Part shown: positions 17,387 through 25,784 of the stretch, in pieces
Layout of the letters: every line of letters begins with the position of its first letter
Numbering within the stretch: the first letter of the stretch is position 1
Assembly: GCA_964494055.1 (NCBI GenBank)
Contig: CAZBRI010000001.1
Span: 1-29,809 of the forward strand
DNA from: an uncultured Anaerolinea sp.
GTDB taxonomy: Bacteria > Chloroflexota > Anaerolineae > Anaerolineales > Villigracilaceae
DNA length: 29,809 nt
Reading direction: 5' to 3'
The notes under the pieces: generated by a model
Database searches by the model: none
Told to the model about the DNA's origin: nothing
What the model saw: the letters and a program-made list of their open reading frames with translations, nothing else
Translations under genes and position numbers: made by a program

Positions 17387-18445
17387 ATGGCTAACACAAT
17401 GAAGGCTGCTGTCTTTGAAAAACCAGGCGTGATTAAAGTTCAAGAAGTGAAAATTCCTGAAATCAATGATGACCAGGTTTTGATTCAAATTAAATATACC
17501 GGTATATGCGGAACAGATTGGAGTATTTATAACGGATGGTATTCATCCGATAAACTGCCCATGATCCCTGGCCATGAATTTTCTGGCGTCATTACTAAAG
17601 TTGGAAAAAACGCAAAAGGCCTTCAAGAAGGTGACAGGGTAACCGCAGACATTAACATGAGTTGTGGGACCTGTTTTTACTGCCTGAGAGGTGACAAATT
17701 GTTGTGTAATGAATTCACCCAGCTTGGGATACACACCAATGGTACTTTCGCAGAGTATGTCAAAGCGCCATGGTCACAGGTGCATATCTTACCGAAAAAC
17801 CTAAGCTTTGAAGAAGGTGCATTTATTGAGCCAGTTTCCTGCGTGATCCATGCAGCAAAGGCAATGAATGCGAGATTAAGCAGCAGCGTTGCAATTATTG
17901 GCTGCGGCTTAGGGGTTCTCCATGCCCGCATGGCAGTTCTCCGTGCCTGCGCACCCGTCATTATCATTGGCGACAATCCGCACAGGTTAAGCATAGCCAA
18001 ACAGATGGGGGCAGATCACATCATCGATGTTAACCTAATCGAAGATCCGGTTGCCGAAGTGATCCGCCTGACTGAGGGACGCGGTGCAGATTATGTTATT
18101 GAGGCTGTTGGTAAAGCACAAACTTACGAACAGGCTTTCAAAATGCTCCGGCGCGGCGGAACATTATCATCATTCGGCATCATGGGCGAAAATGAAACCA
18201 TAAACGTCCGGCCTTTTGAGTTTGTACTTGGCGAAAAGAAAGTTACTGGTTCATGCGCTGGCGTAGGCAGTGATTGGCCGGATGCAATGAACCTGATATC
18301 GAATGGAAGAATTGATCCGAAACCGCTTTTCTCGATGAAGGTTCCCCTGGAAGACCTGGAATGGGCGCTTCATGAAATACGGCGGGATAAAAATATTTTC
18401 AAAGTATTTGTTTCATCAGAGATCAGCGAAAGAGAAGTTCTCTAG
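17387..18445 (+). CDS. Zn-dependent medium-chain dehydrogenase, second paralogue
   Basis: Motifs ICGTD, GHE, CGTCFYC..LLC and EP. Confidence 0.92.
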   Translation: MANTMKAAVFEKPGVIKVQEVKIPEINDDQVLIQIKYTGICGTDWSIYNGWYSSDKLPMIPGHEFSGVITKVGKNAKGLQEGDRVTADINMSCGTCFYCLRGDKLLCNEFTQLGIHTNGTFAEYVKAPWSQVHILPKNLSFEEGAFIEPVSCVIHAAKAMNARLSSSVAIIGCGLGVLHARMAVLRACAPVIIIGDNPHRLSIAKQMGADHIIDVNLIEDPVAEVIRLTEGRGADYVIEAVGKAQTYEQAFKMLRRGGTLSSFGIMGENETINVRPFEFVLGEKKVTGSCAGVGSDWPDAMNLISNGRIDPKPLFSMKVPLEDLEWALHEIRRDKNIFKVFVSSEISEREVL

Positions 18446-18464
18446 TTTTACTGGAAGAAAATAA

Positions 18465-18854
18465 TTGAACATTCTTTCAGTCGAACATATTGCGGTAAAT
18501 GTTTTGGATTATCAAAAAACCCGTTCCTTCTATGGTGATCTGCTAGGTTTTAAAGAAGCAGACACCATAGATTGCGGTGATTTTTTCATCCATTATTTTT
18601 TTCTCCCCTCGGGGCAGCGCATGGAGTTCTTTGAATATAAAGCTCAAAATGAAACCAATAACAACACAGAAAGAACCCCGGGGCTGAGACACCTGGCATT
18701 TCAGGTAGTGGATGTTGCATCCCATGAAAAAGAATTACGGGCAAAAGGTGTTGAGATTACATTATCCACCTGTGATCTGCCAAATCTTGGCGCACGTGTA
18801 CTGCTCTTTCTTGATCCAAACGGTGTCACCCTGGAATTTTGTGAAAAACTCTAA
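18465..18854 (+). CDS. VOC (glyoxalase/bleomycin-resistance/dioxygenase) family protein
   Basis: Metal-ligand pattern EHIAVNV, MEFFE, HLAFQV and DPNGVTLEF. TTG start. Confidence 0.85.
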   Translation: MNILSVEHIAVNVLDYQKTRSFYGDLLGFKEADTIDCGDFFIHYFFLPSGQRMEFFEYKAQNETNNNTERTPGLRHLAFQVVDVASHEKELRAKGVEITLSTCDLPNLGARVLLFLDPNGVTLEFCEKL

Positions 18855-18934
18855 AAATTTGGTTTTGATTCACTCATTAAAGGTTATTCCCGGAATAATG
18901 CAAAATTATCTTTGTCACGGAGGTATGTAATTCA

Positions 18935-20176
18935 ATGGACAAGCGAGAAATTCTTCTCTCCCCGATCAATATTGGTACACGAAAATGTGAAAACCGCTTT
19001 TTCAGCCAGGCAATGGAATGTACAGATGCAGATAGTGATGGCAATCCTTCTGATCTGACTTACCTGAGATATGAAAATCTTTTCAAAGGCGAAGCCGGCC
19101 TGGTGAGCCTGGAAGCGATCACTATTACAGATAAAAATCGCTCTCGTCTCAACCAGCTCTTTATCATGCCCAAAAATCAACCGGCATTGACTACTTTCGT
19201 CCGTCATTTAAAAGAAATCAATCCAAAAACCCTCTTCATTTTCCAGCTTACACATTCCGGAGAACTGAGCAACCCTGATTTTTCAAAGCGCCTCTCGGTA
19301 AAACCCCTGCCAGGTTTTACTGCCGATATCTTTACAGAAGATGAATTTGAAAAGATCATGGCTGATTTCGTGCTTGCGGCCCGCATAGCCTATGATTCCG
19401 GTGCGGACGGCATCGATATGAAGTTCTGCCATGGGTATCTTGGATCACAAATACTTCGCCCGTATAACACCCGCAAATGGAAATACGGCGGCCCGTGGGA
19501 AAACCGCCGGCAATTCGCCTTTGATCTGTACGAAAGAATCCGAAAAGTAATTCCGGATAAGAATTTCCTGATCGGTTCCAAAATATCGGTTTGGGAAGGT
19601 TTTCCGGGCGGCTTTGGTACAGCAGGTCCCGACACACCTGTAATTGATCTATATGAACCTATTGATCTCATTAAAGGTCTCGAAGAACGCGGTGCACAAT
19701 ACTTTATTCAGTCTGCAGGCAGCCCATCCATCACGATCAGTTTGACACAGGCTGATAAGGATCATCCTTATTTTGCCTACCTTCACCAGTATTTTGCCAA
19801 AGTTTTTAGGGATAATTTAAAACCGGAAACCGTGGTGATCGGTTCCAATTACTCTACTTTTGGTAAAGGAAAAAATAAACTTCAAGCAGTTTCTGAAAAA
19901 GACAGTTCCTTGCTGGAGTACGGTGCACAAAACATCGCCAGGGGATATACAGACATGGTCGCTCTTGGCCGGCAATCCTTTGCGGATCCGCTTCTTGCAT
20001 TGAAATTGCGTGAAAATCGAGAAGATGAGATCAATTATTGCACAACCTGCGATAACTGTCTTGAACTCCTGATCCAGCAAAGCCCTATTGGCTGTGCAAC
20101 TTTTAACAAACATTACACGCAGGTTCTGGTTGACACACGCCGCGAAAAGGGCAGATTGAAAGTTAACCACACTTAA
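18935..20176 (+). CDS. NADH:flavin oxidoreductase / Old Yellow Enzyme family (2,4-dienoyl-CoA-reductase-like N-terminal domain) with C-terminal Cys4 motif
   Basis: Motifs LLSPINIG..NRF, QLTHSG, DGIDMKFCHGYL..Q, YGGPWENR and GRQSFADP, plus C-terminal CTTCDNC-x11-C. Confidence 0.87.
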   Translation: MDKREILLSPINIGTRKCENRFFSQAMECTDADSDGNPSDLTYLRYENLFKGEAGLVSLEAITITDKNRSRLNQLFIMPKNQPALTTFVRHLKEINPKTLFIFQLTHSGELSNPDFSKRLSVKPLPGFTADIFTEDEFEKIMADFVLAARIAYDSGADGIDMKFCHGYLGSQILRPYNTRKWKYGGPWENRRQFAFDLYERIRKVIPDKNFLIGSKISVWEGFPGGFGTAGPDTPVIDLYEPIDLIKGLEERGAQYFIQSAGSPSITISLTQADKDHPYFAYLHQYFAKVFRDNLKPETVVIGSNYSTFGKGKNKLQAVSEKDSSLLEYGAQNIARGYTDMVALGRQSFADPLLALKLRENREDEINYCTTCDNCLELLIQQSPIGCATFNKHYTQVLVDTRREKGRLKVNHT

Positions 20177-20209
20177 TTTTGAATTAATTCAAATACCTGT
20201 TAATAGTTC

Positions 20210-20245
20210 AAAACCTGCAGAGTCAAATTTGACTCTGCGGGTTTT
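20210..20245. terminator. Bidirectional intrinsic terminator between the OYE gene and herA
   Basis: Perfect 22-bp palindrome GCAGAGTCAAATTTGACTCTGC (20217-20238) flanked by AAAACC / GGTTTT. Confidence 0.75.
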
Positions 20246-20265
20246 ATTAATTTTCAAATAAGACA

Positions 20266-21963
20266 TCAAAAGCCAATGTTCTTCAGGATCGATAACTCGC
20301 TATTTTGGCTCTTATCACCCAGTAATTCACGCCAGAAATTGGCGTCATAACGCCTGGATTTGATGGGAAGCGGCATGGGAACACCCCAGCCCAACAACAG
20401 GACTTCCTCTTTTGGCTGCAGGCGTGCCAGCATGCCCTGTATCGCTTCCCTGCCGGAAAGACCTGACAGCACAGCGTGGATATCATCATCATCACCGAGC
20501 CATCCGCTGATGCGGGTCCCAAGCTGTGACATTACCTCGTCATAGATCTGCGATGGCCGCTGATCAACGATCATCAAAGTAACGTAATATTTGCGTAATT
20601 CCCTGGCGATTGTGGCAAAAGTTGTTTGTGAAGCCATTTCACGATTGAGTATCTTATGTGCCTCCTCCACAACAATGACCAGCGGACGGGGTTCGTGTGT
20701 TCCATGCGCACGGAAAAAATTCGTACTTTTTTCCCATGCTTCCCGGATGTGCCGGGTCAATAAATTTGATACCAGCAAATAATCCAGGTCACTTTCATGA
20801 TCCCCAAATGAAAGCACCACATGCTGCCCGGCTTCCAGTGCTCGAATAATTTCTGAGATTCCATCAGAAGCGGGCTTCTCTACAATGTAAGATTTTCCAA
20901 AAAGGCGGCGAAGTTTATCATGCAGTGCTTCCGCCGCCATTATATTAACGCCGTTTTCTTCTGCCCAATGTGCAACACTGCCTTCAGCCGGCACTTTTTT
21001 CAACTTACCTTTTTCGTCTGCGGCCTCTACTTCATCCCGGTTCATGGCTTTGAACTTTGCAAACCATTCTGACTTGAAGGAGTTATACAAAGCATTCAGG
21101 GTTGTTGGGGTAGTTTCCTTCAGGTTTAATTCTTTCGAGAGCATTTCAACATCAATTGAAGAAATATCTTTCATAGCTATCTCAAGATTAAAATCCGGTG
21201 TTTGATTGCTGCGGATCTTTGCTCCTGCACCCAGCCCGACAACTTTTACCCTGGACTGAAATTTGGTTTTAAGACCTATGACCGGCATTTTTGTATCGGA
21301 TGCAACATCATCAAACCCATATTCGTTATGCATATCCAACACCAGAACAGATGCCTTGTTGTAATTCATTAACCCTGCCAGGATCAAACGGGTGAGAAAT
21401 GATTTCCCTGTCCCGGTCGCGCCAAAAACACCTGATGACCGTTGAATGAATTTATCAAGGTCGATACAAACCGGGTGTCCCTGTTCCCTGGTGTACCCAA
21501 TTATAAAATTACCCTCTTTTTCCGGGTCACCAAATATCATGGCTATATCTTCCGCTCCTGCCATATTTACCGGGGCATGATGCAGCGGCACAGTTTTTAC
21601 CGGCCTCGGACGCGGGTCTTCCTGGAGCTGCGACCGCCATTTTTTATACTCCGGGGAGGCCGGATCCGGTCCTCTCTCCAGCATTAATGCAGGCAGTATC
21701 TTCATATTTGTAAATAACGTCTGACCAAATAATGCTCTTGCCAGCGCTGGGGATAGACGGGTCTCTGATTGTTCATCTGCAAAACGTGGATCCGTTGAAC
21801 CCAATTGAAGATCTGTTGCCAGGCCGTAAAAACGATAATTTCCGCTGTCAATGACTACGAAGCCACCTTCCTGTACATCCAGCGGACTGACTGTCAGGCG
21901 GGCAGAAAAGGAATCCTTTAAACCACCGCCGATGATATACCCGATCTGTTGATTATCTGCCAT
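20266..21963 (-). CDS. herA: HerA/FtsK-superfamily ATPase (HerA helicase/translocase with N-terminal HAS barrel)
   Basis: Walker A GATGTGKS, DMHNEYG, Walker B VIVVEEAH, ARELRKY and DQRPS. N-terminal beta-rich barrel. ATG at 21963 with AAGGAG RBS. Confidence 0.9.
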   Translation of the reverse strand: MADNQQIGYIIGGGLKDSFSARLTVSPLDVQEGGFVVIDSGNYRFYGLATDLQLGSTDPRFADEQSETRLSPALARALFGQTLFTNMKILPALMLERGPDPASPEYKKWRSQLQEDPRPRPVKTVPLHHAPVNMAGAEDIAMIFGDPEKEGNFIIGYTREQGHPVCIDLDKFIQRSSGVFGATGTGKSFLTRLILAGLMNYNKASVLVLDMHNEYGFDDVASDTKMPVIGLKTKFQSRVKVVGLGAGAKIRSNQTPDFNLEIAMKDISSIDVEMLSKELNLKETTPTTLNALYNSFKSEWFAKFKAMNRDEVEAADEKGKLKKVPAEGSVAHWAEENGVNIMAAEALHDKLRRLFGKSYIVEKPASDGISEIIRALEAGQHVVLSFGDHESDLDYLLVSNLLTRHIREAWEKSTNFFRAHGTHEPRPLVIVVEEAHKILNREMASQTTFATIARELRKYYVTLMIVDQRPSQIYDEVMSQLGTRISGWLGDDDDIHAVLSGLSGREAIQGMLARLQPKEEVLLLGWGVPMPLPIKSRRYDANFWRELLGDKSQNSELSILKNIGF

Positions 21964-22048
21964 ATTAAACTCCTTCAAATTTCTATTTAATTCAATCCTT
22001 TTGTTTTCCGATTTTGTTCATAATTAATTTACTAAGAAAAACCTGAAT

Positions 22049-22645
22049 TTATGTAATGTCCTTCAAAGCACCCAGTACACTCATCAATGCAGGATAATCA
22101 TCCCTGAGCAGTGTGATCAGTTCCCTTGTAGCAGCCTCCAGCCAGGTATCTCCATCATGATCATGTGCGAGGCTGCTTTGCTGCAAATGTGCAGCTAATA
22201 TTTCACCAGCCGGGATATCCTGTGCCCTGAGAATATGACGAAAATAACCAAAATTTCCAGCATCTGAAAATCGTTCAATTTCCTGATCATCACATAAAAA
22301 TATTTTATCCAGGCTGAATGGCGGATAAGGCGGCAGAAAGTGATAAATTATTCCAGCTTTTTCGTATCCAATAGAAATAACCGACATTTCCACCGGTACG
22401 ATCCTGTTTTGCCGGTTATCTTTGATCACTTCTTCGCTGACATTATTCGCTGTAACCAGCTGTTTAACCAATCCATCATCATCGATGCGAATGTCATGGA
22501 TAAGTCCATAAACTGCATATTCTGTATTCACCGGGGCACGTACCAGTGCTCCAAAGGACGGCATTTCAAATTGAGATACTGCACAACCCGCCACAAAACC
22601 AGTTGTTCCCGCTCGAAGTAATCGACCTATTTCGTATGTAGGCAT
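22049..22645 (-). CDS. Stand-alone HAS-barrel-like protein with helical C-terminal region
   Basis: N-terminus IGRLL...PSFGALVR...VYGLIHDIRI parallels the HerA N-terminus (IGYII...EGGFVVI...FYGLATDLQL). Located between nurA and herA. Confidence 0.7.
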   Translation of the reverse strand: MPTYEIGRLLRAGTTGFVAGCAVSQFEMPSFGALVRAPVNTEYAVYGLIHDIRIDDDGLVKQLVTANNVSEEVIKDNRQNRIVPVEMSVISIGYEKAGIIYHFLPPYPPFSLDKIFLCDDQEIERFSDAGNFGYFRHILRAQDIPAGEILAAHLQQSSLAHDHDGDTWLEAATRELITLLRDDYPALMSVLGALKDIT

Positions 22646-22671
22646 AAACTCTCCTTTATAAAAGCCAAAAT

Positions 22672-23877
22672 TTATTTATATGAAGTTCTTCCCTGCCGAT
22701 TTTTAGCAGATTGTTTTCCTGAGATAACGTCAATTTCAATTCCGCTTTTTCTCATTTCAATTGACAACATTTGATCGACCTGATCTTTTTCCGCCATTGT
22801 AACAACCGCACACTCATGTGCCCTGTGCAGTGAATATGGAAATGGACTGGCTCCCATAATTCTGCATTGTTGAACAAGAACCATATGCAGCAGGTTAATT
22901 TTTTCGGGATCACGGGCCACCCAGTCCGGAATATCCACCCGGCTGATTTGTGGATTTGCTTCATTTATTCCTGTATTCAAATAAAAAAAATGAAGCGTGA
23001 TATCACCAGTGTAAAATTTTTGGGAAGCAGATTGAAAACCAAAAACTGCAGATCTTTCCCCTGGTTTAAGCAAAGGATCATTAACTCTTCCAAACAACCA
23101 GCGGTCAGTTACTCTTCCTAATGGATGTTCTTTTTTGGGGTCCTTTTGACCGCTTCCATTTATCAAAGATAACTCAAGTGATCGAACAACAAGATCCGCT
23201 GATGGTTTATCAATATATCCTGCAGCTATTGCACCCACCGACCTTGTGTTTTGTAAAATTGAGAGATAATCCTTCAGACTTTTCTCAAACTCCCCGCCTT
23301 CTTCTCCCTCTCTTGCTCCCCACAATTCAATCGGGCCGTCTGTAATAGTAATTACCTGGTTATTTTCTCCGCTGAATTCCTTTGAAAGTTGGAAAAGAAC
23401 GGAACGCTCTTCAAGATCTCGTTTGAGTGATAACATTCCGTCGGATAATGGATAACCATTTGATGTCTCCAATTGATCATCAAAAAGTAATCCACTTTGT
23501 GTTCGAATGATCGGCGCTTCACCGCTTTCCATTTTATAAATAATTGCCCCGATATTGATCAATCCATAATGAACCGCATTATGCCTATCCGGAAAGATCT
23601 GTGAACCATCCGCCGCGATCAGCGTAACACTTACCGGAACTTCCACCGGTAAAACATGAAAATCCATTGCTTCTGTTTCCGGACGAGCACATCGAAGACT
23701 AGTATCTGACTCACTCCTGTTTTTAATTTTCTCAATCAATAATTCAGGCTGACCCGCGTATTGTTTAAAAAGCATTCGAGCAAGCGTTCTCTGCTGATCA
23801 AGATCAGTTTTTCGTACTAAAGCACTTGTACCAATTTTTTTTATCGTTATAGAAACTTGTTGAAAATCTAATGACAT
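22672..23877 (-). CDS. nurA: NurA family nuclease (RNase H-like fold)
   Basis: Motifs AADGSQIFPDRH, ITDGPI, GYIDKP, RVDIP and PYSLHRAHE. Adjacent to herA. Confidence 0.87.
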   Translation of the reverse strand: MSLDFQQVSITIKKIGTSALVRKTDLDQQRTLARMLFKQYAGQPELLIEKIKNRSESDTSLRCARPETEAMDFHVLPVEVPVSVTLIAADGSQIFPDRHNAVHYGLINIGAIIYKMESGEAPIIRTQSGLLFDDQLETSNGYPLSDGMLSLKRDLEERSVLFQLSKEFSGENNQVITITDGPIELWGAREGEEGGEFEKSLKDYLSILQNTRSVGAIAAGYIDKPSADLVVRSLELSLINGSGQKDPKKEHPLGRVTDRWLFGRVNDPLLKPGERSAVFGFQSASQKFYTGDITLHFFYLNTGINEANPQISRVDIPDWVARDPEKINLLHMVLVQQCRIMGASPFPYSLHRAHECAVVTMAEKDQVDQMLSIEMRKSGIEIDVISGKQSAKNRQGRTSYK

Positions 23878-24035
23878 ATTTCTACCCTTCCATCCACAAA
23901 TAATAGAACATATGTGTCATAGTTTACCCTGATTTTTCCGGAAATGCAAGCATCGGGAACTTTTCTGGATAACATTCGTCAGTACAAACAGGTACAAAAA
24001 TTACCAATTCGTTTCAAAATTAAAGGAGTATTTTT

Positions 24036-24767
24036 ATGAAATCAAGAACCGCTTTATTTTCAATTTTTATTATCGGTGCCCTGTTATTAAGTGCATGCAG
24101 CCAGGCATCTCTCCCTTCTGCGGTAACATCCCCGGCAGCGCTTAGAACAATAACCGTCAATGGCGGGGGTAAGGTTAATTTACAGCCCGATATTGCATAT
24201 ATTAATATAGGAATTCATACAGAAAAAGCAGGTGCCGCTGAAGCTGTATCAGAAAATAATATTAATACTCAAAAGCTGATCGATTCACTCAAAGCAGCCG
24301 GCGTAGAAGCTGTAGATATTCAGACTTCCAACTTCAGTATCTGGCAAAATAATATGGTTGGTCCGGATGGGATTAAAACCAATTCAGACTATGTCGTAGA
24401 CAATACCGTTTACCTCACCATTCGAAAATTGGGTTCCCTGGGTGCGCTTCTGGACACAGCCGTGAAAGCTGGCGCAAATAATATCAACAGTATCCAATTT
24501 GACACAGCAGATAAAACAAAGGCGATGAGCGAAGCCCGTGCCCAGGCAGTAAAAAACGCGAAAATTCAGGCTGATGAATTAGCAGTTGCGGCTGGTGTTT
24601 CCCTAGGGACAATTCAAACCATCCAATATTCCGACTCTTCTCCTTCCATGGTTTACTTTGATAAAGCCATGGGCGGAGGAGCTATGACCCCAAACGCTTC
24701 TGTACCGATCAATCCCGGGCAGATCGAAGTGTCAGCCTCAGTTACCATTTCATACGAGATCAAATAA
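24036..24767 (+). CDS. SIMPL (DUF541) domain protein, predicted lipoprotein
   Basis: Motifs TITVNGGGKVNLQPDIAYINIG and PINPGQIEVSASVTISY. Signal peptide ends in lipobox LSAC (Cys21). Confidence 0.9.
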   Translation: MKSRTALFSIFIIGALLLSACSQASLPSAVTSPAALRTITVNGGGKVNLQPDIAYINIGIHTEKAGAAEAVSENNINTQKLIDSLKAAGVEAVDIQTSNFSIWQNNMVGPDGIKTNSDYVVDNTVYLTIRKLGSLGALLDTAVKAGANNINSIQFDTADKTKAMSEARAQAVKNAKIQADELAVAAGVSLGTIQTIQYSDSSPSMVYFDKAMGGGAMTPNASVPINPGQIEVSASVTISYEIK

Positions 24768-24772
24768 TATTT

Positions 24773-24809
24773 ATAAAAAGAGGAGCAAGCTGATTGTTCC
24801 TCTTTTTAT
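24773..24809 (+). terminator. Intrinsic terminator after the SIMPL gene
   Basis: ATAAAAAGAGGAGCAA / TTGTTCCTCTTTTTAT stem (one G-U pair) with a T-tract. Confidence 0.7.
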
Positions 24810-24890
24810 TTTAATAGTTCGAATGATCCAAAAAACAATATTCTTCCAAAAGGTTATAATCTTACATATTCTTATTGGAGGTACTTACTC

Positions 24891-25784
24891 ATGTTAAAAA
24901 TTGGTTATATCGGCCTGGGATTGATGGGAAAGTCAATCGCCAGGAATATTCTAAAGGCTGGCTTTCCTTTAATCGTTCACAATCGCAGCCGGGCAGCAGT
25001 TGATGAATTGGTGCTGGAAGGGGCAGTCGCTGCGAACTCAGCAATGGAAGTTGCGCAACAGGTAGATATTATTTTCACAAACCTGCCAGATTCCCCGGAT
25101 GTAGTACAGGTTGTTCTTGGCCCATCCGGGATACTGGAAGGTGCACACCCGGGGTTGATTTTTGTCGATAACTCAACCATTAAACCGGCAGCCGCACGCA
25201 CAATAGCCCAGATACTAGCTGAAAAAGGGGTTTTTGCATTGGATGCCCCCGTCAGCGGCGGCGATATCGGCGCAAAAAATGGCATACTGACGATCATGGT
25301 CGGCGGTGACGCTGCTGCCCTGGAAAAAGTGATGCCGGTCTTCCAGGCGATGGGTAAAACGGTCACCCATGTTGGTGAAGCCGGTGCCGGCCAGGTTGCC
25401 AAAGCGGCCAATCAGATAATGGTGGCCGCGCAAATGGTTGCCATGGCTGAATTGCTGATATTCTCTCAAAAAGCCGGTGTTGATCCACAAAAAGTGGTAA
25501 ACGCGATTAAAGGCGGTGCAGCTCAATGCTGGACACTGGATGTCAAACCACCCAGGCTTTTTGCCGGTAACCGCACACCGGGTTTCAAGGCCTTTATGCA
25601 GGCAAAGGATCTAAATATCGTGCTGGAATCTGCCCGTGAGTATGGGGTCCCGCTCCCTGGCACAGCCGAAAATGCCCAGCTTTTCAATGCCATGCTGCAA
25701 ATGGGAATGGGTGAATTGGATAATTCGGCTGTTATTGGTGTGCTGGAACAATTGGCAGCCGTGAAACTCCAGGAGAATGAATGA
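24891..25784 (+). CDS. Beta-hydroxyacid dehydrogenase (2-hydroxy-3-oxopropionate reductase / 3-hydroxyisobutyrate dehydrogenase family)
   Basis: Motifs GYIGLGLMG, DAPVSGG, MVGG, KAANQ (catalytic Lys) and KDL. Confidence 0.92.
   Translation: MLKIGYIGLGLMGKSIARNILKAGFPLIVHNRSRAAVDELVLEGAVAANSAMEVAQQVDIIFTNLPDSPDVVQVVLGPSGILEGAHPGLIFVDNSTIKPAAARTIAQILAEKGVFALDAPVSGGDIGAKNGILTIMVGGDAAALEKVMPVFQAMGKTVTHVGEAGAGQVAKAANQIMVAAQMVAMAELLIFSQKAGVDPQKVVNAIKGGAAQCWTLDVKPPRLFAGNRTPGFKAFMQAKDLNIVLESAREYGVPLPGTAENAQLFNAMLQMGMGELDNSAVIGVLEQLAAVKLQENE

Noticed and set aside
17367-18898. Shared TTATTCCCGG in two intergenic gaps (17367-17376 and 18884-18893; the second is part of a 7-bp inverted repeat)
   Set aside because: Only 10 bp, two copies, with no consistent position relative to promoters. 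There is insufficient evidence of function.
18919-18930. GGAGG-T-ATG-TAA minimal ORF before the OYE gene
   Set aside because: SD-to-ATG spacing of 1 nt is too short for initiation. The SD better serves the ATG at 18935.
20266-21963. HerA as an anti-phage effector pair (Sir2-HerA, DUF4297-HerA type)
   Set aside because: The partner is a NurA nuclease, no Sir2/DUF4297/other defence genes are nearby, and the context is housekeeping. Repair is the more parsimonious role, though defence is not formally excluded.
24891-25784. Sulfolactaldehyde reductase (YihU) linking to a sulfoquinovose pathway
   Set aside because: It shares only the fold family, lies outside the regulon, and no YihQ/S/T/V-like genes are seen.
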